64,000 nucleotides of DNA from an uncultured delta proteobacterium. Lineage in GTDB: Bacteria; Desulfobacterota; BSN033; UBA1163. The notes beneath the pieces were generated by a model. It was not told where the DNA came from and ran no database searches. It worked only from the letters and a program-made list of their open reading frames with translations. The position numbers and the translations under genes were made by a program. Positions 30,194 through 40,297 of this stretch are shown here, one piece after another. Location: positions 1 to 64,000 of the forward strand of contig CAVPSJ010000008.1 of assembly GCA_963708295.1 (NCBI GenBank), written 5' to 3'. Each line of letters opens with the position of its first letter. The stretch's first letter is position 1.

Positions 30194-31054
30194 GTGGCCA
30201 GATACGGAATGGTGATCGACATCACGAGATGCAACGGCTGTCACAACTGTTTTTTGGCGTGCCGGGATGAGCATTGCGGGAATGATTTTCCACCCTTTGC
30301 CGCATCGCAGCCAAATTCCGGGCATTTTTGGATGCGGGTCTTCGAGAAGGAAAGGGGGAAGTATCCGAAGGTGAAGGTTGCCTTTACGGCGGTGCCCTGC
30401 ATGCATTGTGAAGATGCCTCGTGTGTGAAGGCGGCACGGGAAGGAGAGATATATAAACGGCCGGACGGTATCGTGATCATCGATCCGGAGAAGTCGAAGG
30501 GGAGAAAGGATCTGGTCTCCTCATGTCCCTATCGGGTGATCTACTGGAACGAAGAGAAGCAGATCCCTCAGAAGTGCACGTTCTGCGCCCACCTGCTGGA
30601 TAGGGGATGGAAAGAGCCGAGGTGTGTGGAGGCATGCCCCAACGGCACATTGACCTTTGGCGATCTGGACGATCCGAACAGTGAAGTGGCGAGAAAGGTG
30701 ACCTCCGGAAAGGTGGAGGTATTGCATCCGGAATATGCGATGAAAGAGAAGGTGGTCTATATCGGGATACCGAGACGGTTTGTCGGAGGAGCGGTTGCCT
30801 TGGGCGATACGGATGAATGTGCAGTGGCGGCAAAGGTGACGTTACAGGGGAAGGGCGAGAAGCGGGTGGCCAAAGCGGACAATTATGGAGATTTTGAGTT
30901 TGATGGATTAAGTGCAGATAAGACCTATACGGTGACGGTAGAACAAAAAGGCTATAAGCCGTATAAAATAGAGGTGAAGACCAAAACCGATGTGTATTTA
31001 GGGGATATCGTGTTAGCGAAAACAAGGGCAAAGGCTAAAAAGACCAAAAATTAG
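30194..31054 (+). CDS. 4Fe-4S dicluster small subunit (BthL-like) with C-terminal carboxypeptidase-regulatory-like beta domain
   Basis: CNGCHNCFLAC, CMHC, CPY, CTFC, CVEACP; DNYGDFEFDGL; GGAGG RBS. Confidence 0.9.
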   Translation: MARYGMVIDITRCNGCHNCFLACRDEHCGNDFPPFAASQPNSGHFWMRVFEKERGKYPKVKVAFTAVPCMHCEDASCVKAAREGEIYKRPDGIVIIDPEKSKGRKDLVSSCPYRVIYWNEEKQIPQKCTFCAHLLDRGWKEPRCVEACPNGTLTFGDLDDPNSEVARKVTSGKVEVLHPEYAMKEKVVYIGIPRRFVGGAVALGDTDECAVAAKVTLQGKGEKRVAKADNYGDFEFDGLSADKTYTVTVEQKGYKPYKIEVKTKTDVYLGDIVLAKTRAKAKKTKN

Positions 31055-31231
31055 AGACAGACCTATATCTTGCCTTCCCTATTCCAGGTGACTCGTTCGA
31101 CGGCGCCAGGCCCATCTTTCAAGGCGGAATAAGGAAGTCCGGCTCCAGGCCTTTCAACAAGCTCAAGACCCTGAGTCCATCGAAGCGTAGGGGAACCCTG
31201 AGCAAGCGGGCCGCGTTCCATTTCAGAGGGA

Positions 31232-31501
31232 TTAGGAACAGCACTCTTCGTCGCAGGCATAACACGATTCGTAACAAGCGCTGCAATCCTCCGAAATCAT
31301 TTCTTCGGCATCCCCGTAATCACAGAATCCTTCACGAATGGCGGACCGCGCCTTATCGTAGAACTCCTTTGAGAATCCTTGGGCACCGTGGATGGCCAAA
31401 ACGTGTTGGCCCAATTTACTGAGCGTTTCCTCCTCGGTTTTGCCGCAAGCCAAGAATTCGCAATCCGGCCCGACATCTCTGCAGTAAAGTTCTTTGTCCA
31501 T
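31232..31501 (-). CDS. DUF1059-like small metal-binding protein with Cys-rich tail
   Basis: LYCRDVGPDCEF..GKTEEE...HVLAIHG, then CSACYESCYACDEECCS. Confidence 0.75.
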   Translation of the reverse strand: MDKELYCRDVGPDCEFLACGKTEEETLSKLGQHVLAIHGAQGFSKEFYDKARSAIREGFCDYGDAEEMISEDCSACYESCYACDEECCS

Positions 31502-31698
31502 TTAGGCTCTCCCTGAAAAAGACAATTTTATAAATTCTCCCATCGATCCCCTTTCATCTAAATATAATTACTCCCATCCCATAATACAAACCTTCAGAAT
31601 CTGATTGCAGATCGACGTGTCAGTAACTATTTTTAGCTCAAATGATCAAGGGGTTGCCAATGAAAAGGGTCCATCCATTAGACCCGAAGGAGGGTAAG

Positions 31699-32505
31699 AT
31701 GAAAAGCTTAATATTGGGATTAACATTGTTTGTGTCGGCACTGGGGATGGTTGGCGTCGGGTTGGCGGAGCCAAAGATCTCGGGAAAGACTGTGGAGTAT
31801 AGTGCTCAAGGCGTTGTTATGAAAGGATACCTGGCCTATGATGAAAATGTGAAAGGTAAACGTGGAGGAGTATTGGTGGTTCCCGAGTGGTGGGGACTGA
31901 ATGACTATGGACGCAGAAGGGCGAGAATGCTGGCGGAATTGGGATATACCGCCCTTGCCGTGGACATGTATGGCGAAGGCAAGGTGGTGACGACTCCGGA
32001 TGAAGCGGGGAAATTATCCTCAGAAGCGATGAAAAATTTCGATGTGACGAAAAGCCGTTTCATGGCTGCCCTCGATTTTCTGAAGGGACAGCCGACGGTT
32101 GATCCAAACCGCGTTGCCGCTATCGGATATTGTTTCGGCGGCGGCATCGTACTTAACATGGCGCGACAGGGAGTGGACCTCGAAGGGGTTGTGAGTTTTC
32201 ACGGAAGTCTGACCGCAGTCAAGCCTGCTCAACCGGGCAGCGTCAAGGCGAAAGTCCTTGTCTTGACCGGCGACGCCGATAAATTCGTGACCCCGGAGCA
32301 GGTGGAGGCATTCAAGAAAGAGATGAATTCGGCTGGCGCCGATTTTCGGGTTACCTCCTATCCGGACGCGCTGCACAGCTTTACCAACCCCGATGCGACC
32401 GAATTAGGAAAGAAGTTTAACATGCCGATCGCCTATAACGCGAAGGCCGACGAAGGGTCCTGGAGCGAAATGAGGGGGTTTTTAAATAAGATTTTCAAGG
32501 GATAG
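31699..32505 (+). CDS. Exported dienelactone hydrolase family protein
   Basis: PEWWGLN, GYCFGG, SFHG, HSFTNP; signal peptide; AGGAGG RBS. Confidence 0.92.
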   Translation: MKSLILGLTLFVSALGMVGVGLAEPKISGKTVEYSAQGVVMKGYLAYDENVKGKRGGVLVVPEWWGLNDYGRRRARMLAELGYTALAVDMYGEGKVVTTPDEAGKLSSEAMKNFDVTKSRFMAALDFLKGQPTVDPNRVAAIGYCFGGGIVLNMARQGVDLEGVVSFHGSLTAVKPAQPGSVKAKVLVLTGDADKFVTPEQVEAFKKEMNSAGADFRVTSYPDALHSFTNPDATELGKKFNMPIAYNAKADEGSWSEMRGFLNKIFKG

Positions 32506-32534
32506 GGCGGAAGTGGAACCGGACGGGGAGCAAG

Positions 32535-32885
32535 CTATCCTCCGAAAAGGCACTTTGTACAAAAATCTAGATCGCTTGTCAGATTCACGCCTAACTTTCG
32601 GAGTCCGGCTTCAGCTCCCGGAGTGGGGATACGGGTCATATGGACCTCACAGCCCGCCAATTCTTTGAGCTTTTCGGCCGCCATCTATGCTGCCGGATTC
32701 ATGGTAGCGCTGATGCTGAGGGCGATCAACGTTTCCTCCAGATCGAGGCTGACCATTTTCCCCCTGAGCACGCCTTTTTTGAAATGGCTGATCGATTCCA
32801 TAATATTGGGAGGCAGAAGATGCATCGTGTCGGGGATTTGAGCTGAATGCTTCGCCGCTACCCCATTTCTCTTGCTGACACACAA
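32535..32885 (-). pseudogene. 3' remnant of a DUF1846 family gene
   Basis: LEETLIALSISATMNPAA*MAAEKLKELAGCEVHMTRIPTPGAEAGLRKLGVNLTSD; in-frame TAG at 32685; N-terminal part absent. Confidence 0.7.
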
Positions 32886-33037
32886 CTCTTGACGGGACCG
32901 TTTATAGTCTCGGAGGGAAGTTCTGGGGGATGTCTTGCAAATCCAGAAGCAAGCTGATATAAAACCTTTATAGGGAGAATGGGCGTTTCCCTTCGTTGAA
33001 GAATTTCTGAACGAGATTCAACAGAGCAGGAGTGTTT

Positions 33038-34672
33038 ATGAAAAGGCTTTTAAAAGGAGCAGCGATTGTTTTGGGAATTCTGGTTATTCTGGTGATCGCA
33101 CTCAGTATTTTTGTCAAAAGTTATCTTTCCAGCGACCGGCTCAAGCCGATCATTCTTCCAAGAGCGGAAGCCATCACAGGGAGAAAGGTACAGTTAGACG
33201 AGATCAACGTTTCTCTTTTTTCGGGAATTGTGGCCAAAGGCCTGAGCGTGAAGGAAAGGGATGGTCAGAAAGACTTCCTGAAGATTGGAAAGTTTGTTCT
33301 CTCCTACCGACTTTTGCCCCTACTGCAAAAACAACTCGTCATCAGCAAGATCGAAATTGTTTCTCCTTCGGTTTCTATCAGGAAGGAAAAAGGAGGGAAG
33401 TATAGCTTCAGCGACATCATGGAAAGACCTTCCCAGGAGCCCAGGAAACCCTCCGCGCCCGAACAAAAGTCGCTTCCTGTCTCCGTGGTTGCCGACCGAT
33501 TGCAGATCCGAAACGCCAGTTTGGCTTTTGTCGATCAAGAAAAAGACTTACCTGATGTCTCCCTTGCTTTGGATGCCGAGTTCAAGGGAGGACTGGAAAA
33601 GGACGGCACCCCCCGTCTGGATTTTGGGCTCATCTCGCTCAAGGAGATGGGAGTTCAGCTGAAGGATCGGGAAATCAAGGTCTCGGGCAAGGTGGAGATG
33701 GATGCCAGGACGATCCGAGCCAATCTTCAAACCGTGATCGGGAAGGATAGTATTCACCTCTCGGCAACGGTCAAAGACTATCGTTCAGCGCCCGATGTGG
33801 TTGCCAATATCCAGGCCAAAACCCTCGACCTTCAGCAGCTGATGGGATTAAGCGGTGAGAAGAAAGCTCAGGAGCGGAGCCCTCAAAAGACGGAGAAGAA
33901 AGGGGAGCCCTCTCGGAGCGGGATGACGGAGAAGCTCAAGGCTTCGGGGCAGATCACGGTGGATAAGGCTACCTATCAGGATTACGTCATCAAAGACCTC
34001 CGCATCCCTTACCAGTATGCAAAGGGTATCCTGAAGATCGACCCTCTGCAACTGCAGTTTTCCGGAGAAGGGTCCTTCACGGCAGAGGGCTCTCTCAACG
34101 GAAAGCTCCAGTGCGAAGGGGAGGACGCGTCCACCATTCAAAAGACCTTAAAAGGGACGGCCGTTGCAAAGCTGGGCAAGGGGGCCATTAAACAATCTCA
34201 GATTTTCGATGCCATTGCGTTGGTCACGGGCATTTCCTTCTTGAAGAATCCTGGATTTGACCAGGGGTTATTCAATTTTGATGTGAAGGACCAAAGGGTA
34301 TTTCTTGATGGCTGGATCAATTCTAGTCTCTTTAAAATCAGTCCGAAGGGTGTGGTTGATTTCGCGAAGGGGCTCGACCTCCCGACAGAGCTTAAGCTTG
34401 CACCGAGCCTGACCGGGAACCTGAAAGGAAAGCTTGCCTCCATCAAATTTCTCGATGACGAGCAGGGGTGGAAAGTCATTCCCCTCAGGATCAAAGGCAC
34501 GACGGATCATCCCAGCATTACTCTTGATGAGGAGGGTTTAGAGAGGCAATTAGGCCGTGGTTTGACGAGAGAGCTCCAAAGGCGTTTTCTGGAACCAAAG
34601 TCTGAGAAGTCGGGGAAACCCTCCGAGAAGAAGAAGGGAAAGGATATTTTGAGAGACCTCTTCGGGGAATAA
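33038..34672 (+). CDS. AsmA family protein
   Basis: N-terminal TM anchor, TGRKVQL, LLPLL, beta-rich body, IPLRIKGT..P near the C-terminus. Confidence 0.85.
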   Translation: MKRLLKGAAIVLGILVILVIALSIFVKSYLSSDRLKPIILPRAEAITGRKVQLDEINVSLFSGIVAKGLSVKERDGQKDFLKIGKFVLSYRLLPLLQKQLVISKIEIVSPSVSIRKEKGGKYSFSDIMERPSQEPRKPSAPEQKSLPVSVVADRLQIRNASLAFVDQEKDLPDVSLALDAEFKGGLEKDGTPRLDFGLISLKEMGVQLKDREIKVSGKVEMDARTIRANLQTVIGKDSIHLSATVKDYRSAPDVVANIQAKTLDLQQLMGLSGEKKAQERSPQKTEKKGEPSRSGMTEKLKASGQITVDKATYQDYVIKDLRIPYQYAKGILKIDPLQLQFSGEGSFTAEGSLNGKLQCEGEDASTIQKTLKGTAVAKLGKGAIKQSQIFDAIALVTGISFLKNPGFDQGLFNFDVKDQRVFLDGWINSSLFKISPKGVVDFAKGLDLPTELKLAPSLTGNLKGKLASIKFLDDEQGWKVIPLRIKGTTDHPSITLDEEGLERQLGRGLTRELQRRFLEPKSEKSGKPSEKKKGKDILRDLFGE

Positions 34673-34865
34673 GGAATAGGAGGAGTTGGCTCTCTGGTTC
34701 GACCGACAGCGCCAAAATCCGAGTCGTGCGATCTGCAAGAGTCCCGGGCCGAAGGGGTCATTGAAATAGTGGCTAAAATAGTGGTTGATTTCTCGATTCA
34801 GCTCTGATAGGGCGCCAGTTACGAATCATAGTCCCAAAACGACTTCTGAAGATACGGAGAGCAAG

Positions 34866-36146
34866 ATGATTGTTTATAAAGTCTTCAGTAAAGATTATGA
34901 ACACGAAAAAGTGACGCTCCTGGGTATGATGGCGGAGAGAAGGGGAGATTTGAGGGGGAAAACCCGGTTGGAAGCCGGCCTGACGTGGGCCAGGTTAACA
35001 TTCGGCGATTCAGCAAAAGATAAGGGATCCATCTTCGTCGTGCCGAAAGAGTTGGAGGCAGGACATGCCACAAGAGTGCTCATGAAAAGGACGGTATTTT
35101 ATAAGGGTGATCTTCTGGACATGGTGGACCCCCTTGCTCCCAGCCGGAAGAGACGGGTTGAGACGAAGGATGCTGAGAAAGATAACGTCTTGTCGGGCGG
35201 GTTACTGGAGGTGATCGGAGAGACGACTTCTTATAGGGAGTTTTACGGTTTTTCTGAAAACCCTTTTGAAGTCGTACCGGATCCCCAATTTTTTTATTCT
35301 TCTCCGAGCCACCTGAGCGTATTGACTTCGGTGATTAACAGCATCGAAAGCGGAAAAAGGCTGATGTGCGTCACGGGAGAGGTGGGAACAGGCAAGACCA
35401 CCTTTATTCATTTCTTGCTTCATTGCCTCGAAGAGAAGGTGAAGACCGTCCTGATCGTTCATCCATCGATGACTTTTGAAGAGTTGGTGAGCAATATTCT
35501 TCTCGGCCTAGATCAGGGGGTTGTGGAAGAAACGAAGCAGGCACTCCTGAATCAACTGAATGCATATTTGACGGAGAAGATGGGTGAGGATAAAACCCTG
35601 GTTGTTGTCGTCGATGAAGCACAGAACCTGCCTCCGGAGATATTGGGAGAACTTGGAACGATTTTTGAGGTCCCTGGCTGGCTGGAGCGACTTCAGATGA
35701 TCTTTGTCGGTGCCCCTGAATTAGAGGATAAAATCAGCACGCCCCGTTTGCGGCAGTTCGGGCGAAAAACAGGAATCAGGTGCCAGATCAGCGCCTTGAC
35801 GGAGGATGAATCAAAGAAATATATTGACCATCGGCTCAAACTCGTCGGAAGCAGGGGCCAAGAAGTATTCACTCCGGAAGCTATCTCCGCGGTTGTTCGT
35901 TATGCGCGAGGATTTCCGCGCGTCATCAATATCATTTGTGATAACGCTTTTATGATTGGTTACGGCTTATCGAGAACAAAGGTCGATGTGGATATCATCC
36001 GTCAGGCTATAAAAGATAGGGAAGTTCCGACAGAAAAAAAACTCATTCCCACGAAAATGCTGTCGGCAGTAAAGCAAATTCGTTTGGCGGCACAGGTCCT
36101 ACATTTTTTCAGGCAAAAAATCCTCTCATCATTCCGCTGTATTTGA
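34866..36146 (+). CDS. ExeA/GspA-type AAA ATPase with an extra N-terminal 'ERR' domain
   Basis: YREFYGFSENPF..PDPQF, GEVGTGKT, VDEAQNL, YIDHRL, GFPRVINIICDNA. Confidence 0.85.
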   Translation: MIVYKVFSKDYEHEKVTLLGMMAERRGDLRGKTRLEAGLTWARLTFGDSAKDKGSIFVVPKELEAGHATRVLMKRTVFYKGDLLDMVDPLAPSRKRRVETKDAEKDNVLSGGLLEVIGETTSYREFYGFSENPFEVVPDPQFFYSSPSHLSVLTSVINSIESGKRLMCVTGEVGTGKTTFIHFLLHCLEEKVKTVLIVHPSMTFEELVSNILLGLDQGVVEETKQALLNQLNAYLTEKMGEDKTLVVVVDEAQNLPPEILGELGTIFEVPGWLERLQMIFVGAPELEDKISTPRLRQFGRKTGIRCQISALTEDESKKYIDHRLKLVGSRGQEVFTPEAISAVVRYARGFPRVINIICDNAFMIGYGLSRTKVDVDIIRQAIKDREVPTEKKLIPTKMLSAVKQIRLAAQVLHFFRQKILSSFRCI

Positions 36147-36311
36147 CCCACCTGCTGGAATCATTCCAGGCTGCGATATCCCTCTCTTACACGGTCATTT
36201 TTCCGATTGTTTTCCTCGATCCTTCTCATCCTCTTGCATCCCTGAACAAGGTCACCCTAGGCCCGTAACTTCTTAAAATTAAAAGGCTAAAAAATTATTG
36301 AAAAATTATTG

Positions 36312-36387
36312 TTGACATCTCCTTATGAAGTTAGTATCATGACTCATCATTATTCATCATTTTTAATCATTGAGATTCATTCATCAT
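36312..36387 (+). promoter_or_regulatory. Sigma-70 promoter overlapped by five WTCAT repeats at 10-bp period
   Basis: TTGACA(36312)-N17-TATCAT; (A/T)TCAT ends at 36340, 36350, 36360, 36370 and 36380. Confidence 0.7.
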
Positions 36388-36394
36388 CGATCTT

Positions 36395-36595
36395 ATGGTT
36401 GACAAAAGAATAAGACAGCGAATCACGATAAGCCTTGACGAGGACGCATTGAAGAGTGTTTCATCCATTGCCTCTGAAAATGACGTCTCAATAGCCCGGA
36501 TCGTTCGATATGCAGTGGATAACTTTCTGAAAGAATGGAAAGAAGGCAGCCAAGTGCAACTTTTTCTCCCGTTGAGCAAAAAGAAGGGAGGTTAG
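36395..36595 (+). CDS. Ribbon-helix-helix (CopG-like) DNA-binding protein
   Basis: RITISLDE...VSIARIVRYAVDNFL; C-terminal QLFLPL. Confidence 0.8.
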   Translation: MVDKRIRQRITISLDEDALKSVSSIASENDVSIARIVRYAVDNFLKEWKEGSQVQLFLPLSKKKGG

Positions 36596-36599
36596 AGGG

Positions 36600-36785
36600 G
36601 TGGGCAATCTTGCGGAAAAAACAGGGAAAAATCAAGCGACAGCGGAGATGAAAGAACAGAAAAGAGAGCTTTTCGAAAGCACGGAAGCGAGATTGAGAGA
36701 TCTGAAGCATCTTGAAATGGCCTATGAATGGCTGAGAAACAGACAGAAGCCGGTGCAATTGAAGCGTGCAATCGAAAACGTTTAA
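36600..36785 (+). CDS. Small hypothetical protein or truncated gene
   Basis: GTG start 4 nt after the RHH stop, with GGAGG upstream. Confidence 0.45.
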   Translation: MGNLAEKTGKNQATAEMKEQKRELFESTEARLRDLKHLEMAYEWLRNRQKPVQLKRAIENV

Positions 36786-36956
36786 TGGAATGCCTTGCTT
36801 AGTTGTGTATGACACCAGAGGCATTCTCAACTCCGCGAAAACCTTTACGACGTGTTCTGGCCAGGGTAGTCGAGTCGGCTGAAATTGTAGGTAACCTTTA
36901 TCACTCAACGAACAGGACTCCGAAGAAAGTTACGGAATCGGGTGGAGTCTTCGAAC

Positions 36957-37139
36957 ATGACAGCGTATGAATTCTATTATCGGGATGAAAAAGGAAGAGA
37001 GCACTTTATTGGAATACTGCCGGAGAGAAGGAAAAGCCCAGAAAGAATAACGCGTGAATCTGTCTTGAATTGGGGATGGAAGGTGATAGGCGATACTCCC
37101 GATGTCGAGAATATCTATTTCGTCAAGGTGGACGTGTAG
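36957..37139 (+). CDS. 60-aa 'ERR' domain protein
   Basis: MTAYEFY...IGILPERRKSPERIT..SVLNWG...IYFVKV; similar to the N-terminus of the 34866 ATPase. Confidence 0.7.
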   Translation: MTAYEFYYRDEKGREHFIGILPERRKSPERITRESVLNWGWKVIGDTPDVENIYFVKVDV

Positions 37140-37176
37140 ATTTTTTGATCCGTCGTTAACTCGTTCTTCCAATTCT

Positions 37177-37973
37177 CTACCCCTCTCCTTCCCTGATCCG
37201 ATCCGATCTCTCAACGAATTTCCGAATGGCTTTGAAATAATCCTTGAAGCCGACCAGCATGATGTCATTGTGGGTTGCGGACGGGATGACGAGAAGTTCT
37301 TTTTCTACGGCTCCTAAATGCCGATAGATCTCCCTGGCATTTTCAAGCGGGACGAGGCTATCCTGTTCACCATGAATGATCAGGGTGGGGATGAATATTT
37401 TCTTGATCCTCTCGAGACATTCCTGATCAAGCTTTTCCAGACCCATGACCTGTGCGGGGATTCCCAGGTGAACCATAATCCTCACGATACTGGGGAAGCC
37501 ACTTTCGATGATGAGTCCCTGAATCTCTTTTTGATAGTGATAGGCCAGTTCCAGGCCGGAAATGCTTCCCAGGGACCTCCCCATCACCCACAGGTCTTTA
37601 CGAAGATTTCTTCTGAGGAGCTCCCCTCTCACCTCTTTGAAGATGACATGGGCATCCTGAACGAGATCGGTGAGAGTAGGGGTTCCGCCACTGGCTCCAT
37701 AACCCCTGTAATCGGCCACGACCAGGTTTATTTTACTTTGATGATAAAAGGGAGAGATCTCGTCATAATCGCTCGCCACTTCACCATTTCCGTGGAAAAA
37801 AAGAACCCATGGCCATTCGTCCCGGCCCGTGTAGAAACGACATGAGATGGAAACGCCGTCAGCAACCCATACCGGAAGGTCAGAAGCATTTTCAGGGCAT
37901 GGCGCATGATCTTGACGGGGATAAAAAATAAATGTCGCAGAAAAGGCTGGTCGAGGGAAGAATAATCAATCAT
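37177..37973 (-). CDS. Alpha/beta hydrolase (frameshifted)
   Basis: FFHGNGE, DYRGYG, GRSLG, IIHGEQD, HND. Confidence 0.88.
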
Positions 37974-38123
37974 AATTCAAAGTTTAGCACTATTTGGCGG
38001 AGGAGGGAAGGGGTTCGTTCGACTTTCTTCGACCTTGACGATCCTCCCTTACATTATTAAATTAAAGGTTATAGGGCTTTTTATGGATTCGGCCCATCTT
38101 TGGATGATCGAGGGAGGTGCCCT

Positions 38124-38744
38124 GTGATACTGAAAATGTTGGTCGTTGGACCGATTCAGTCAAACTGCTACATCCTGGGTTGTGACCGGACGAGACAGGC
38201 AGCTGTCATCGATCCAGGGGGAGACGTGGACAAGATCTTGATGGCCTTGGCCAAAGACGATTTGCGCTGTGTCTACATCATCAACACCCACGGCCACTTT
38301 GACCATTCGGGTGAAAACAAGCGACTGAAGGAGGTGACCGGGGCTCAACTCATCCTCCACCGTGCCGACGTTCCTATGGTCGTGCATCAAGGGGCCAACG
38401 GGGGGATGTGGGGGATGAAGGTCGAAAATTCTCCTCCTCCTGACCGTTACGCGGAAGAGGGGCAATTGATTACCTTTGGCGACATCTCGTTGAAGGTTCT
38501 CCACACTCCCGGCCATTCCGGAGGAGGAATCTCACTGGTCACTGACAGGATGGCATTTGTGGGAGATACCCTTTTTGCCGGGTCCATCGGCCGGACCGAC
38601 TTTCCCGGAGGCGATCATGAGGCGCTTCTACGTAACGTGCGGGAGAAAATCTTTCCTCTGGGAGATGATGTCGTCATCTATCCGGGACATGGGCCGAAGA
38701 CAACGGTTGGGAGGGAAAGAAAAACGAACCCATTCTTTACGTGA
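38124..38744 (+). CDS. MBL-fold metallo-hydrolase (glyoxalase II-like)
   Basis: THGHFDH, HTPGHS, GDTLF, GRTDFPGG, PGHG. Confidence 0.92.
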   Translation: MILKMLVVGPIQSNCYILGCDRTRQAAVIDPGGDVDKILMALAKDDLRCVYIINTHGHFDHSGENKRLKEVTGAQLILHRADVPMVVHQGANGGMWGMKVENSPPPDRYAEEGQLITFGDISLKVLHTPGHSGGGISLVTDRMAFVGDTLFAGSIGRTDFPGGDHEALLRNVREKIFPLGDDVVIYPGHGPKTTVGRERKTNPFFT

Positions 38745-39139
38745 TATGCTTCAGATACCCATGCCATGAAAAAGAGGGTGTGCCTCCCCTTTCCAAATAA
38801 GATTGAGTGGTGATTCGCCTCTGAATGGCTTCCCGCAATGATGTACTCCGCCGCAGATCCGCCTCGGTTTTCAAGAAAACATTCCTGGTTTCCCTTAAGG
38901 GAAAGGGCAGAACCTTCTTTTAAGTGCCCTGAGTAAAAGCCTGTCACCTCTAGGTCTCCTTTGATCGCCAGAACAATCTCCCCATGTTACGGACCGGGTT
39001 TCACTGATCTCGCCTTTTCTCTTGGCTTCAAGACACCATAGATCATATAGCAGGCATGGCTGCCAGTCTCTTGGAAGCCGAGCGAAAATTCTCTTCTTTT
39101 CGAATGGGTCGCGCCGTTTTTGACTTCGTATATTTTCAT
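38678..39139 (-). pseudogene. Small cupin-like gene interrupted by an in-frame TAA
   Basis: MKIYEVK...TGSHACYMIYG...KPGP*HGEIVL...GSHSE reads in one frame across the stop at 38987. Confidence 0.55.
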
Positions 39140-39433
39140 CCTTTGCGACTCCTTTCGAGGATAGTGAGAATCGGCTCTCCAAATCTGAAGCCCATTTTTT
39201 ATCAGGGCCACCTTGATATTATAATCGATATTATAATCCCTTTCGTCATTTGGCCTTCCTCTTAAGAGGAAGGCAATAAAGAGAGAACAGGATTTGCAAA
39301 TCGGAGGAGAATGTCCCATTTTATGTATTAAAATAGAGAGTGGCCGTTTGAAGAATGAGAGAGTGAAGAGCATGTGAAGTCTGAACAGTGGATATGGCAC
39401 ACGTAAACGAATGAGCGGGAAAGGAGAGGGGCG

Positions 39434-40015
39434 ATGGAACAAAAAACACCTACACGCCAGGAGGCCTTGGCACTTCTGCATCAGTACACTGCGAACGAGA
39501 GCTTGCGCAAGCATGCCTATGCCGTGGAAGGGGTGATGCGCCACCTTGCCAGGAGGCGGGGCGAGGATGAGGAGAAATGGGGGATCGTCGGTCTTATCCA
39601 TGACCTCGATTATGAAAAGTTTCCCGATCAACACTGCTCCAAGACAGGCGAAATCCTGCGAGAGCATGGGTGGCCGGAGGAATATATTCGAGGCGCTGTC
39701 TCTCATGGATGGGGGAGATGTTTCGACGTCATGCCACAGACCGACCTCGAAAAAGCTCTGTACGCGATTGATGAACTGACCGGGCTCGTTGTCACCACTG
39801 CCCTGATTCGCCCCTCAAAAAGTGTCCTGGATGTTCAGGTGAAATCGGTGAAGAATAAATGGAAGGACAAGAGGTTTGCGGCGGGAGTGGATCGGTCGGT
39901 GATCGAAAAAGGGGCGGAGATGTTGGGAGTGGGATTGGATGAGTTGATTGAGGATACGATCAAGGGGATGCAGGAGGTTGCCGAGGCCATCGGACTCAAG
40001 GGCAATCCAGGGTGA
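39434..40015 (+). CDS. HD-domain (HDIG-type) metal-dependent hydrolase
   Basis: KHAYAVE, GLIHDLDYE, SHG, DELTG, FAAGVDR. Confidence 0.9.
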   Translation: MEQKTPTRQEALALLHQYTANESLRKHAYAVEGVMRHLARRRGEDEEKWGIVGLIHDLDYEKFPDQHCSKTGEILREHGWPEEYIRGAVSHGWGRCFDVMPQTDLEKALYAIDELTGLVVTTALIRPSKSVLDVQVKSVKNKWKDKRFAAGVDRSVIEKGAEMLGVGLDELIEDTIKGMQEVAEAIGLKGNPG

Positions 40016-40297
40016 ATCTTTCCCTGTGTGCCACAGATCCCCCTCACCCCAGTGGGGCTGTGTAGCCATCGCGACCTCGACGGAAGAGACAATCGGGTTC
40101 CAAAGTGTTAAGATACATTCTTTTAGGAATGGCTGGTCGGTGCTTGCGGAAAATGGAGTTATCCAATGACATGGAATGTCTGAATCTCGAATGTTAAAGG
40201 TTGCCGCTCTGAGACTTTGGGAAGCGTCTCGTATTCCTTTGGCAGGCCGCCCAATATCCCCGACCGTCTCTTCCGGCTTGTTGGGAGGCGGTTTTTA

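Noticed and set aside
32685-32687. In-frame TAG as pyrrolysine or readthrough
   Set aside because: It lies in a gene fragment missing most of its N-terminus, is one change from CAG, and no pyl genes are visible.
34866-36146. Type II secretion locus
   Set aside because: Only an orphan ExeA-like ATPase is present; no gsp or pil genes nearby.
38987-38989. In-frame stop in the cupin-like gene as recoding
   Set aside because: It is TAA, which is not a Sec or Pyl codon; mutation or base-call error is more likely.
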